From an uncultured Planctomycetota bacterium (GTDB lineage Bacteria; Planctomycetota; Planctomycetia; Pirellulales; Lacipirellulaceae), in the NCBI GenBank assembly GCA_963719315.1, contig CAVRBU010000002.1, positions 224,001 through 288,000 on the forward strand: a stretch of 64,000 nt of DNA, given 5' to 3'. The notes under the pieces are model-generated. The model was given only the letters and a program-made list of their open reading frames with translations, was not told where the DNA came from and did not search any database. A program made the position numbers and the translations under genes. Shown in pieces: positions 43,579 to 53,884 of this stretch. Each line of letters begins with the position of its first letter. The stretch's first letter is position 1.

Positions 43579-44667
43579 ATGATGCGCGCTGGCCTTTTCA
43601 AGGCATTTCCGCTAGCATTCAAAAAGGTGCGGCGATGGGGGCCGTTCCACGCGCAGGCTCGCCATTGGTCCGCTTCGCAGATTTCGCTAAACTTTGGCGA
43701 CCTGCCCGATAGCACTCTTGATGCCGCTACTTCCTTGAGCTCTACCGCTTCCATCACTGACGCCGCGAGCGCCTCCCGGCCACGATTGCCGAGTTGGCTG
43801 CGGGTGAATCTGCCGGCCGGTCAACGGCTGACCGTTCTGAATGCGACGCATGGGGCAATCGCGGAACATGGGCTGCACACCGTGTGCGAAGAAGCCCGCT
43901 GTCCAAACCTCAACGATTGCTGGTCGCGTGGAACGGCGACGTTCATGGTCGCGGGCAAGGAATGTACGCGCGGCTGCCGGTTTTGCAGTGTGGAAACGCT
44001 TCGCCAGCCGGAGCCGCCCGATCCAAAAGAGCCAGAGCAACTGGCTGCCGCCGTCGAACGGATGGGGCTTGCCCACGTCGTGATTACGGTCGTCAATCGA
44101 GACGACATGCCCGATGGCGGGGCCGCTCATTACAAGCGTTGCGTTGAGGCGGTGCATGAGCGATTGCCGCGGGTCACGATCGAATTGTTGACGAGCGATT
44201 TGGCCGGCAACGACGCGGCCCTTGAGTATTTGCTGGACGGCATCCCGCTGGCGGTGTTTGCCCACAACGTGGAATGCGTGCCGCGCCTCGACCGACACGT
44301 CCGCGACCCACGGGCGTCGTTTGGGGTGAGTTTGCGTGTATTGCGGCGCGCGAAAGCGTTGCGCAACGACTTATGGACAAAAAGCAGCATCATGGTCGGC
44401 CTGGGCGAGACGAATGAAGAAGTCTCCGACGCTATGCAGCGGTTGCGCCGTGCCGACGTTGATGTGTTAACGCTGGGGCAGTATCTCGCGCCTGGCAAAC
44501 CGGACGAACGGTTCTTGCCCGTCGATCGCTTCGTTACGCCAGAGCGATTTAGCGATTGGGCAGATGAGGCCCGGGCAATGGGTTTTCGCGCGGTCGCCTC
44601 GGGTCCGCTGGTGCGTAGCTCCTATCGCGCAGGCATGTTGTTGGAGCAAGCGCGGCTTCAGGGTTGA
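43579..44667 (+). CDS. lipA: Lipoyl synthase (start uncertain, possibly as late as 43735)
   Basis: CEEARCPNLNDC, CTRGCRFC, HNVE, TLGQYL, PLVRSSY. Confidence 0.93.
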   Translation: MMRAGLFKAFPLAFKKVRRWGPFHAQARHWSASQISLNFGDLPDSTLDAATSLSSTASITDAASASRPRLPSWLRVNLPAGQRLTVLNATHGAIAEHGLHTVCEEARCPNLNDCWSRGTATFMVAGKECTRGCRFCSVETLRQPEPPDPKEPEQLAAAVERMGLAHVVITVVNRDDMPDGGAAHYKRCVEAVHERLPRVTIELLTSDLAGNDAALEYLLDGIPLAVFAHNVECVPRLDRHVRDPRASFGVSLRVLRRAKALRNDLWTKSSIMVGLGETNEEVSDAMQRLRRADVDVLTLGQYLAPGKPDERFLPVDRFVTPERFSDWADEARAMGFRAVASGPLVRSSYRAGMLLEQARLQG

Positions 44668-44697
44668 ATGTAGAACGAAGGTTGATAGGTTCACGTC

Positions 44698-46059
44698 ATG
44701 GACGGCTCTTCGCAACTTATCGGCAAAGCCCATGCGGGCAAGAGCGCGAGCGCGACTCCGCTCAAAGATCCGCTGCCGATGGAGATTTGCGTTCCGTCGG
44801 CCCCGCACCGGCCGGGAGACGTCCCGTGCTTCGCCCCCCTGCCTCGATTACCGGGCGACTTATCACGACCCGATACACTGGCGCCGCACGACGCCCTTCT
44901 CGAGCACGCTAGGGGATTGATCCGCGTGCTGCGCGACGACGGCCAGGCCGTCGGACCGTGGCAACCGCAACTTAGCTCGCAGCAGCTTCGCAACGGCCTG
45001 GAAGTAATGTTGCGGGCGCGCCATCTTGATGCGCGGATGATCGTCATGCAGCGGCAGGGTCGGCTGTCATTCTACGTGTCTAGTAACGGCGAAGAAGCCG
45101 CGGCGGTCGGAGCCGCGACGGCCTACCAACGCGACGACATGCTGTTTCCAAGTTATCGCCAACCAGGATTGCTGCTGGTCCGCGGCATGCCCATGGTGAC
45201 GATGATGTGCCAGTTGATCGGTAATACGGGCGACAACGCACGTGGCCGGCAGATGCCGGTGCACTACAGTTGGCGGGCCGGGAACGTGGTTTCGATTTCG
45301 AGTCCAGTCGGCACGCAATTGCCGCAGGCGGTCGGCGCCGCGATGGCGTTCGCCTATCGAGGCGAACGGCGCGTTGTGGGCACCTGGATCGGCGACGGGA
45401 CGGCTGCGCAGGGCGACTTTCACTATGCGCTTAATTTTGCCTCGGTGTTTCGGCCTCCGTGCGTGTTGCACGTGGTCGACAATCAGTGGGCAATCAGTAC
45501 ACACCGCAATTCTTCCACGGGCGGCGCGACGTTTGCCGGCCGGGCCGAGGCGTACCGTCTTCCGGGCCTGCGCGTGGATGGCAACGATTTCTTGGCGGTT
45601 CATGCGGCCGAAGCCTGGGCGATCGAACGAGCCCGACGTGGAGGCGGGCCCACGCTTGTGGAACTGGTCACGTATCGCCGTGCCGCGCATTCGACGAGTG
45701 ATGATCCGTCGCAATATCGGCCGACGGATGAGGCCGAGCATTGGCCCGGCGGCGATCCGATCGAACGGCTGAAACAACACCTCGTTGCCATCGGCGAGTG
45801 GTCCGATAAGTCACACCAGGAGTTGAGCAGCGCCCTCGAACACGAAGTCGCAGCTTCGTTTCAGCAAGCTGAATCGTTCGGCACAGTGGCTATTGGTTTG
45901 GGTCACGCGGCGGAATCTTTGTTCGACGACGTTTATGCGACGCTGCCCGAACACTTGAAGAACCAGCGAGCGGAACTGCTGTCCGACGTAAACGCGAACC
46001 AGAAAGAAGAGCCTTCGATATTGTCTTTCGCGGAAGCAAGCCAACGCGCGGCGGGGTGA
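44698..46059 (+). CDS. bkdA1: Branched-chain 2-oxoacid dehydrogenase E1 alpha
   Basis: QRQGRLSFY, GRQMPVHY, GDG..NQWAIS, HSTSDDP; N-terminal RPGD extension. Confidence 0.88.
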   Translation: MDGSSQLIGKAHAGKSASATPLKDPLPMEICVPSAPHRPGDVPCFAPLPRLPGDLSRPDTLAPHDALLEHARGLIRVLRDDGQAVGPWQPQLSSQQLRNGLEVMLRARHLDARMIVMQRQGRLSFYVSSNGEEAAAVGAATAYQRDDMLFPSYRQPGLLLVRGMPMVTMMCQLIGNTGDNARGRQMPVHYSWRAGNVVSISSPVGTQLPQAVGAAMAFAYRGERRVVGTWIGDGTAAQGDFHYALNFASVFRPPCVLHVVDNQWAISTHRNSSTGGATFAGRAEAYRLPGLRVDGNDFLAVHAAEAWAIERARRGGGPTLVELVTYRRAAHSTSDDPSQYRPTDEAEHWPGGDPIERLKQHLVAIGEWSDKSHQELSSALEHEVAASFQQAESFGTVAIGLGHAAESLFDDVYATLPEHLKNQRAELLSDVNANQKEEPSILSFAEASQRAAG

Positions 46060-46112
46060 GCTGCGTTCCCGAAAACCTGCCCGCGGAAGCGGGTTCGCCT
46101 GCCAGACCACGA

Positions 46113-46147
46113 CCCTGAACCCTGAACCCTGAACTCTAGACACTGAA
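46113..46147. repeat. Heptamer tandem array (CCCTGAA)x3 plus 2 degenerate units
   Basis: Same unit as the arrays flanking 59011..59430. Confidence 0.75.
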
Positions 46148-46155
46148 CCTCCACC

Positions 46156-47166
46156 ATGTCCACGATGAACATGATTCAGGCGATTCGGTCAGGGCTCGAT
46201 GTCATGCTCGAACGCGATCCGAGCGTGTGCGTGTTCGGCGAGGATGTGGGCTACTTTGGCGGCGTGTTCCGGGCGACTCAGGGTCTGCAGCAGAAATTCG
46301 GCGCGTCGCGCGTATTCGATACGCCGTTGGCCGAGGGCGGAATCATCGGCGTCGCCATCGGCATGAGCATCAATGGCCTGCGGCCGGTGCCGGAAATCCA
46401 GTTCTCGGATTATATGTACCCGGCGTTCGACCAGATCACGAACGAGTTGGCAAAATTGCGTTACCGCAGCGGTGGCGAGTGGACGGCGCCCATGACGATC
46501 CGCGCCCCAAGCGGCGGCGGGATCCGCGGCGGCTTGTATCACAGCCAATCGCCCGAGGCCTACTACACACACACGCCCGGATTGAGCGTCGTGATGCCTT
46601 CCAACCCGCACGATGCCAAGGGGCTTCTGATCAGCAGCATCGAGAGCGACGATCCGGTTGTGTTCTTCGAACCCAAGCGGCTTTATCGCGGCTCGTTCGA
46701 CGGCGACCCGGAGAGTGTGCCGCCGTGGCGCGACCAGCCTGAGGCCGACGTGCCGGAGGACTATTATCGTACGCCGCTAGGGCTGGCGAATATTGTAAGG
46801 TCCGGTGAGGAAGTGACCGTCGTGACATGGGGCACGATGGTGCATGTCGCGCGGGCGGCGATCTCGCAAATGCAAGTGGACGCCGAATTGATCGATCTCC
46901 GCTCATTGGCACCGCTCGACTTGGCAACGATCACTGCGTCGGTCGAGAAGACCGGCCGTTGCATGGTCGTTCACGAAGCGCCGCGAATGTGTGGTTTTGG
47001 GGCCGAAGTGGTCGCGCTGGTACAGGAACTTTGCTTTTGGAGCCTCGAAGCTCCGGTGCTGCGCGTGACGGGCTGGGACACGCCGTTTCCGCACGCGCTA
47101 GAGTGGGATTACATGCCAAGCCGCGAGCGAATCGGGAAAGCGATGCGGAAGTTGCTGGCGGCCTAG
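46156..47166 (+). CDS. bkdA2: Branched-chain 2-oxoacid dehydrogenase E1 beta
   Basis: FGEDVGYFGGVFRAT, EIQFSDY, HSQSPE, FFEPKRLY. Confidence 0.9.
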   Translation: MSTMNMIQAIRSGLDVMLERDPSVCVFGEDVGYFGGVFRATQGLQQKFGASRVFDTPLAEGGIIGVAIGMSINGLRPVPEIQFSDYMYPAFDQITNELAKLRYRSGGEWTAPMTIRAPSGGGIRGGLYHSQSPEAYYTHTPGLSVVMPSNPHDAKGLLISSIESDDPVVFFEPKRLYRGSFDGDPESVPPWRDQPEADVPEDYYRTPLGLANIVRSGEEVTVVTWGTMVHVARAAISQMQVDAELIDLRSLAPLDLATITASVEKTGRCMVVHEAPRMCGFGAEVVALVQELCFWSLEAPVLRVTGWDTPFPHALEWDYMPSRERIGKAMRKLLAA

Positions 47167-47251
47167 CCGAACGTGGCTGAAGTCGCGAGACTTGAGCGTT
47201 TAGGAGCGAAGAGTTGGAATTCTTGCGAATTCCGCTACAGCAAGATTGAGT

Positions 47252-48505
47252 ATGCAAAGTATTGTCGTAAAACTTCCGGATTTGGGCGAGGGTGTCGTCG
47301 AGGCCGAGATCGTGGCATGGCACGTTGCGGCGGGGCAGGAAGTCCGCGTCGATCAGCCGTTGGTGGACGTGATGACGGACAAGGCCACGGTTACGATTCC
47401 AAGCGGGCTGGTAGGCCGGGTCGTGCGGACGCACGGCAATGTCGGCGAGACTGTGGCGGTCGGAGCGGAATTGGTGAGTTTTGATACGGCCGTAGCGGCG
47501 GTGGAATCAGACAAGGAGACAAGGAGACAAGGAGACAAGGAGAGCACGAACGGAAGCGGGTCTGCTTGTTTGCCGCTGTCGATGTCCTCGAACTCTTTGC
47601 CGCCGTTGGTGCAGCAGGCCGTGAGCCCCGGCGAAGCTCCGCACGTTCAGCCGCAGGCCAGCCCGGCGGTGCGGCGGCGGGCTCGCGAACTGCACGTCGA
47701 TCTGCAGCAGGTGCATGGCAGCGGACCGAACGGACGGATTACGCACGCAGACGTGGATGTTCATTTGCGAAGCGAGGTTTCGCCGTCCGGGCAGCGGCGG
47801 ACGATCGGCTCGCACACGACCGAAATCCAAATGGTCGGCATGCGGCGGCGCATTGCCGAGAAGATGGTCGTCAGCAATACGCAGATTCCCCACTTCACGT
47901 ACGTCGAAGAAGTGGACATCACCGAGCTCGAAGCACTCCGCGAGCATCTTAACGGTAATCGCACCGATGGCCAGCCAAAGCTGACTTACATCCCGTTCAT
48001 CATGCTCTCGGTTACGCAGGCGCTCGCCCGGTTTCCACAACTCAACGCCCATTACGACGTGAAGCGCGAGGTGATCACGCGATACGAAGCGGTACACCTT
48101 GGCGTGGCCACCCAGACCGATCGCGGGTTGTGCGTGCCGGTCGTGCGACACGCGGAAACGATGGACCTGTGGCAAGCGGCCCGCGAGATGCGGCGGATCA
48201 CCGAGGCTGCTCGCAATCATTCGATCTCACGCGACGAATTGACCGACTCGACGTTCACGATCACCAGCCTGGGCCGCCACGGTGGCATAGCGGCGACGCC
48301 GATCATCAATCACCCCGAAGTCGGCATCCTCGGCATCAACAAGGCAGTCGACCGGCCGGTGGTGCGGCAGGGTCAAATCGCTATTCGCCGGATTTTGCAC
48401 CTTTCGGCATCCTTCGATCATCGCGTGGTAGATGGCGCCGACGGGGCGACGTTCATTCAATGCGTGAAGGATTATTTGGAATTCCCGGCCACGATTTTCA
48501 TCTAG
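47252..48505 (+). CDS. bkdB: Dihydrolipoamide acyltransferase E2
   Basis: Lipoyl domain VMTDKA, ASPAVRRRARE, SFDHRVVDG. Confidence 0.9.
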   Translation: MQSIVVKLPDLGEGVVEAEIVAWHVAAGQEVRVDQPLVDVMTDKATVTIPSGLVGRVVRTHGNVGETVAVGAELVSFDTAVAAVESDKETRRQGDKESTNGSGSACLPLSMSSNSLPPLVQQAVSPGEAPHVQPQASPAVRRRARELHVDLQQVHGSGPNGRITHADVDVHLRSEVSPSGQRRTIGSHTTEIQMVGMRRRIAEKMVVSNTQIPHFTYVEEVDITELEALREHLNGNRTDGQPKLTYIPFIMLSVTQALARFPQLNAHYDVKREVITRYEAVHLGVATQTDRGLCVPVVRHAETMDLWQAAREMRRITEAARNHSISRDELTDSTFTITSLGRHGGIAATPIINHPEVGILGINKAVDRPVVRQGQIAIRRILHLSASFDHRVVDGADGATFIQCVKDYLEFPATIFI

Positions 48506-48545
48506 CCGCAGTTTCGAGTTTTGGCGCGGAATATACTGTTATTTT

Positions 48546-48664
48546 AGTCCACAGATGTCGCAGATGATCGCAGATATTGAAGTATCGCGGGCTGGTGAAA
48601 AGGTGGCGAGTCCGAATTGATTCCTTGACTTGTCATCTGCGGATATCTGCGACATCTGCGGACT
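48546..48664. repeat. Inverted 9-mer repeat element (CGCAGAT / ATCTGCG)
   Basis: AGTCCACAGATGTCGCAGATGATCGCAGAT ... ATCTGCGGATATCTGCGACATCTGCGGACT. Confidence 0.72.
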
Positions 48665-48745
48665 TTCTATAAGGAAAACGCCCTCGTGCGGCGCCACTCT
48701 TGACCATCCCGGCATAATTCATCGTGCGACGTACGGAGGTGAATT

Positions 48746-49744
48746 ATGCGGTTGCAAAATGTTGACGGGAATTCGGACCAGTTTGGTGAAGGGCCGCGGC
48801 CGGTGAATCGGCCGACCGCAAGCGACGCCGAGTTGCTGGACGCGTATTCGCAGGCGGTGATCCACGTGGTGGAAACCGTGTCGCCGGCAGTGATCAGCAT
48901 CACCGGTCGCGACGGGAATGGCCGGGGCGGCAGCGGGTCAGGGTTCATCGTGACGCCGGACGGCTATGCGATCACGAACAGTCACGTCGTTGACGATCGG
49001 GCTAATCTGGAGGCGGAGACAACCGAGGGGGATCGGCTTCTTGCCGAGCTCGTCGGCGATGATCCGGCGACCGATCTGGCGATCGTACGCTTGGCGGCGA
49101 ATAGTTTGCCCTATGCTCAACTCGGCGATAGCGATGCGCTGCGCGTCGGGCAACTCGTGATTGCGATGGGCAGCCCGCTCGGTTTGCAATCGACGGTGTC
49201 GACCGGCGTCGTCAGCGCACTTGGCCGCAGTATGCGGGCTCGCGATGGCCGGCTGATCGAAAGCATCGTGCAGCACGCAGCCCCGATCAACCCCGGCAAC
49301 TCGGGCGGGCCGCTCGTGGATTCGCGCGGCCTCGTGGTCGGAATCAACACGGCCATCATCGCGATGGCGCAAGGCCTGGGCTTTGCGATCCCCGCGAACA
49401 CGGCCGAGTGGGTATTGCAGGAAGTCCTCACGCACGGCGGCGTGCGGCGGCGACAATTGGGCATCGTCGCCAACGTCACCCGGCTGCCGCGGGCGCTCGT
49501 GCGAGCGCTCGATTTACTGGCGGAGCACGGTGTCGAAGTCCGCGAAGTCGCGGAGCGGAGTGTCGCCGACCTGGCCGGCATCCGTCCGGACGACATCATC
49601 GTTGCGCTCGCGGGACGGCTGGTAACTTCAATCGACGATTTGCACCGATTGCTGATGACGATGCCGACGGATCAGGGCTTTGAGCTCACGGTTATTCGCG
49701 GTGAAACGCAGCGGACAATTCTAGTTCCCGCGTCGATCAAATAA
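48746..49744 (+). CDS. S1C (HtrA-like) serine protease with one PDZ domain, no signal peptide
   Basis: GSGF, TNSHV, DLA, INPGNSGGPL, C-terminal PDZ. Confidence 0.92.
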   Translation: MRLQNVDGNSDQFGEGPRPVNRPTASDAELLDAYSQAVIHVVETVSPAVISITGRDGNGRGGSGSGFIVTPDGYAITNSHVVDDRANLEAETTEGDRLLAELVGDDPATDLAIVRLAANSLPYAQLGDSDALRVGQLVIAMGSPLGLQSTVSTGVVSALGRSMRARDGRLIESIVQHAAPINPGNSGGPLVDSRGLVVGINTAIIAMAQGLGFAIPANTAEWVLQEVLTHGGVRRRQLGIVANVTRLPRALVRALDLLAEHGVEVREVAERSVADLAGIRPDDIIVALAGRLVTSIDDLHRLLMTMPTDQGFELTVIRGETQRTILVPASIK

Positions 49745-50032
49745 ATGAGGGGCTGATGAACCCCAAAGCCTCTCGATCACTTTATTGTATTCGGCATGTG
49801 ATCCGATCCAGAACCACGTGACGGTATCGCCGTCGAGAACGCCGACGACGCGATAACTTATGCCTACGCGCGCTGAATATGTGGGGGGATCGGCATGAAC
49901 CTGTTTGAAATGGAGCCCAGGGTGCGCTGGGTTGTCTCGGAACAAGCGATAGGACTGCCGGGCTTGTTTCTTGACTCGGTCCGGCAATGACGCGAACAAC
50001 TCGCGAAAACCTCGCGTTGTTTGCGATTTCAT
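49721..50032 (-). CDS. ParE/RelE-like toxin
   Basis: NPAHPGLHFKQV, YSARVG..YR, WFWIGSHAEY; ATGA-coupled to a small upstream gene. Confidence 0.8.
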   Translation of the reverse strand: MKSQTTRGFRELFASLPDRVKKQARQSYRLFRDNPAHPGLHFKQVHADPPTYSARVGISYRVVGVLDGDTVTWFWIGSHAEYNKVIERLWGSSAPHLFDRRGN

Positions 50033-50246
50033 AGCTTTTCCGGATCGAGTTCATGGGTAAGTCCGGCCCGGTACTCGGCGAGCGCTTCCTTTGCCAAAAT
50101 TGCGAGCTTGTCGGAAGTGCGCCAATAGTTCGATCGAACTCGTCGTCAGAGGACAATTCTGCCAACAACCGCGTGGCGAGCAGTTCCTGTTCGGCCGTCG
50201 GCAGTTTAGCCGCCTCGGCGAATGCTTGTTGCAGCAGATCGGTCAT
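50029..50246 (-). CDS. Antitoxin (frameshift near 50120)
   Basis: MTDLLQQAFAEAAKLP..EQ...; restored end KLAILAKEALAEYRAGLTHELDPEKL. Confidence 0.75.
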
Positions 50247-50285
50247 AGCAGCAATCTCCCTGCATTTTATCTTACCAGAGCCGCG

Positions 50286-53200
50286 CTACTTTTTTAACGG
50301 CGGAACGGGGTCTTCGGTCGTCGAAGCTGGTTTCACCGCTTCATCCTTCTTCGCGCCGAAGCCGCTGAAGAGGCCGCCGAGGTTGGGTAGGCTGAGGCCG
50401 CCGCCGGCGCCTTCGGGGTCTTCGGGTGGGCCGACTTCGATGTGGACCATGTCGAGTTGGGCGTTGAGCCAGAGTTCGTCGTTCACGCGAGCAACGTCGG
50501 CGTTGAGGCCGCGGAACCAGTTCATGAGTGGCATCTGATAGTCGGCCGGGATAACGGTGAGGAGGAATCGGTTTTCGGGGGGCGGGGCGGTGGAGACCCA
50601 GAGCTTGCGGGGTGAGGCCCCGCCCGCTGAAGCGGGCTCGCCGGGGGCGGGCAGTTGCTCGGCGGGGTTTACGGTCGCTGAAGCGACCGCGCCGTCGGCG
50701 GTAGCGGGGAGAGCGCTCGGATCGATGAGGACGTATTTGCCGCCAAGGGGGCAGGCGAATTTGCCGGCGACCAGGTCTTCGCCGAGGACGCGGGCGTTTT
50801 CGGGCGGCACATGGAGTTGCGTGGTGAGGGAGTTCATGAAGTGGCTCGCGCTCGCCGAGGTGTCGCGGGCGCGCATGTAGCCGAAACCATTGACGCCGGT
50901 GGCGATTTGCTTGTTCGTGAGATCGTCGATGTGAAGGCGAATCTGCGCGGGGTGTTCGGCTTCGACCATCGCAAGTTGACGGCCGACGTCGAGCAGCACG
51001 TCGCGCTTGAACGAGAATAGAAAGAAGTCGTCGGCGCGACGGAACCAGAGGTCGAACAGGCCACCGATGCCGCCGGTGCGGGCGACGCCGTCGGCGTCGA
51101 GCGGGCCGGAGGGGCGGCCGAGAAATTGATCGAGCAGGTGCGGCCGCGGCCAGCCGCCGACGTACGCGCGGATGGAGTCGGTGATATTCGTGCTGGTTTG
51201 AACCTGGCCTTGGCGAACGATGAGCGGCGTATTGAAATCGCGAATGCCGCCGAACAGGTGGACGGGATCGCCCAAAGCACCGAGCACGATTTCGAGCGAG
51301 ACGGCGTCACCGGCGATGGGGGCCACGCGGTTGGCTTGCGCTTCACCAAGCATGGCGGGCCACTTGGCCACGGGCATTTGTGAATAGCGAGCGACTCGGA
51401 CATCGGCCGTGATGCGGTCCCAACCTTTTTGGGCCGGCGATTCGGTTCGCTTGAGCGCGGCACATACCGGTGCGAAGCTGCCGACGGAGGCTTGCAGGTC
51501 TTGCTGGAATTTGGCCAAGCGGCGGGCTTCGGCTGGGGTGATGCGGTCGACCACCATGTCCGGGATGGGTGTCATCCAGCCGGCTTCGCCGCGGAGGGAG
51601 TCGCGGAAGGCAGGGGCGGAGGACAAGGCACCCTCACCCTGCCCTCTCCCGGAGGGAGAGGATTCTAGTTTGCTGCCGTCGAAGCGTTGGCCGAAGCCTA
51701 GCGGCAATAGCTCGGCGGCGATCAAATCATTCATTGAGTTGGCGGGTTGGCCTTCTGCGGCGGCGGCGAGACGAGCCAGTTTGATGGCCCGCATTTCGCC
51801 AATAGAGCGCAACCGCCGATCTAGTTCGACGCGGTAGTGCGGGCTGGCGAGATTCTGCAGAAACGCGGCTGGCGCGAAGAGGAAAATAGTGTCTTCGCGC
51901 GCAGCGGCATCGCCTCGCGGCAATCCTGAAAGTCGCTGGTGGCAGCGAGTGGGTGATCACCGGCCCCGGCTTGATAGAATCGCTCGACCAACTTGCGGCT
52001 GTTGGCAACGAGGTGATAATCGCCATCGAGCGCATAATACGAGCGCAGCCGGCCGTCGGGGGTGTGGATGTACGATACGTCGTGCCCCGCGATTTGGACC
52101 GTTTCCTCGACGGCGTCCGCGTGCTTTGATTTCGCATCCTGGCGCTGGCCGCTGAGATTGTTTCCCAGCAGCAGGTTGTTATTCGCTTGAAACAGGATGC
52201 CCATCGTCGCGCCGTCGCGGAGGTAAGCGTCCATGCCGATAATGGCGACGTCCTTCACGACGGTCGGGCCCATGACGCGGGCGATCTTTGTTTCGCCGAC
52301 GGAGATTTGCTGTTGGAATCGCTCGCTGATATTGCGGTCCACGCTTTCCACCACGAGCATGTTGCCGAGGTCACCCTGCCAGTGACGCATGAAGTCGCGA
52401 TACCAGAGGTAATTCGTGAAATTGCCGAATCGCAAATAGAAACATTCTTGGGGAACGTGCGCGGCGAGTGGTTCAATGGAGGTGGGGAGTGCGGAAGGGG
52501 GAGCGGGGAGATCGGAGCTTTCGGGAGCGGGGGCAACGTGTTCTTTGGCACTTGTCCCGCCCGCTGAAACGGGCTCGCCGAGCGTACTTGTGGGCAGCGG
52601 GACCATGCCGGTGTCGGTGGAGTTGAGGGGGCCGGCGAGTAGCTCACGTTCGACTTGCGTTTGATAGGACTCGTTGGCCATAAGCTGCGACATCCACGGC
52701 GCGCCGATGCCGAAGCGTTGGAACAGGTAGCGCTTCGGCTCGGGCATCTGGCGATTGAGCCGGCGGGCCCACGTGGCCGTCAAATAGTTTTCCACGAGCA
52801 CCGGGTACGCGGCCTGGCGAAAAACCTGCTCGTAGCGGGCGGACGTGGCTTCCCACCAATCGTTGAGTAATTTGTTGAATTCGTTCGCGTTATCTTCGGG
52901 GCGGACAGTGATGTTTTGCGGTGTGGGTGTGTAGGCAACGAGTTCGAGCGGTTCGTCGCCGCGGAACATGAAGAAGTACGTGATTTGGAGCGGCGTCTCG
53001 ATGCCGAGGAAATCGCGGAGCATGCGCCGCGCCGAGCTGTTCCTCATCGCGGGATAAAGAACCCGATCGTTCGCTTCGGACAGAATGAAGCGGTCGTCGC
53101 TCGCGGGCGCGGGGGACTGCGCCGGGCTGCAGATCGATGGTGACGCGGCCGATTCCGAAGGGCTGGCCGCGATAGGCTTCGACGCGGACGGCGGCGGCAC

Positions 53201-53327
53201 AAGGCGTCGCTACGGCAAGAATTGCGATTGCAATTTGCAAAATGCAAATTGAGAATTGCAAATATCGGGCATACTGCGGTGTGCTCGCTGCGCGGCTTTT
53301 GTGGATAGATAGCGGGGCGGGTGTCAT
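50286..53327 (-). CDS. Large secreted hypothetical protein of about 1010 aa (frameshifts near 53115 and 51905)
   Basis: ORFs 52890..53375, 51821..53200 and 50286..51923 join into one protein-like sequence with a signal peptide; CPLGG.Y motif. Confidence 0.75.
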
Positions 53328-53644
53328 AGCGAAATGCTCCGAGGGGAGAGGGCGCGTAAGGCCTCGTATGCCCATGCTATACGGCCTTCAACGCCGGTGA
53401 CAAGTAATTGCCAAGATCGGTCGAAATACTCGCAATTCGGGCGGTCTTGAGACGAACAACGATCGCGGACTTCGAGAGCAAGGTCGATTCATGGATGAGG
53501 GCCGTTTTCAGCGGTGCGCGCGGCGCAATTGTTGGCCAACCGCTTTCCGCAATTGTCGCACTATGCGACAATCGGGGGGCACGACGAACCGTTGCGCAAA
53601 GGACTTTTCACTCGCCAGGACAGTCTAGAGGCCGACGCAGACCC

Positions 53645-53884
53645 ATGCTTGTACCGCGCTTTTCAATTCGCACGCTGCTCGTGATGCTGACTCTCGGGGC
53701 GGTCGCGTTTTTGATCGTGGGAATGGCGTTTCGCGGGCAACATTGGGCTTGGGGGGCGAGCATCGGGCTCTTCAGTCTGCTCGTGACGGCCCTGGTTCAC
53801 GCCGCTTGGTTCGGCGTGATCTGGCTGTTTTCCCACCTGACGCCGGCACGGAACATCGATCAACAACGCGTAGGCGAACGATGA
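53645..53884 (+). CDS. Small two-TM 'RFSIR' membrane protein
   Basis: MLVPRFSIRTLL, two hydrophobic segments; ATGA-coupled to the next gene. Confidence 0.7.
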   Translation: MLVPRFSIRTLLVMLTLGAVAFLIVGMAFRGQHWAWGASIGLFSLLVTALVHAAWFGVIWLFSHLTPARNIDQQRVGER

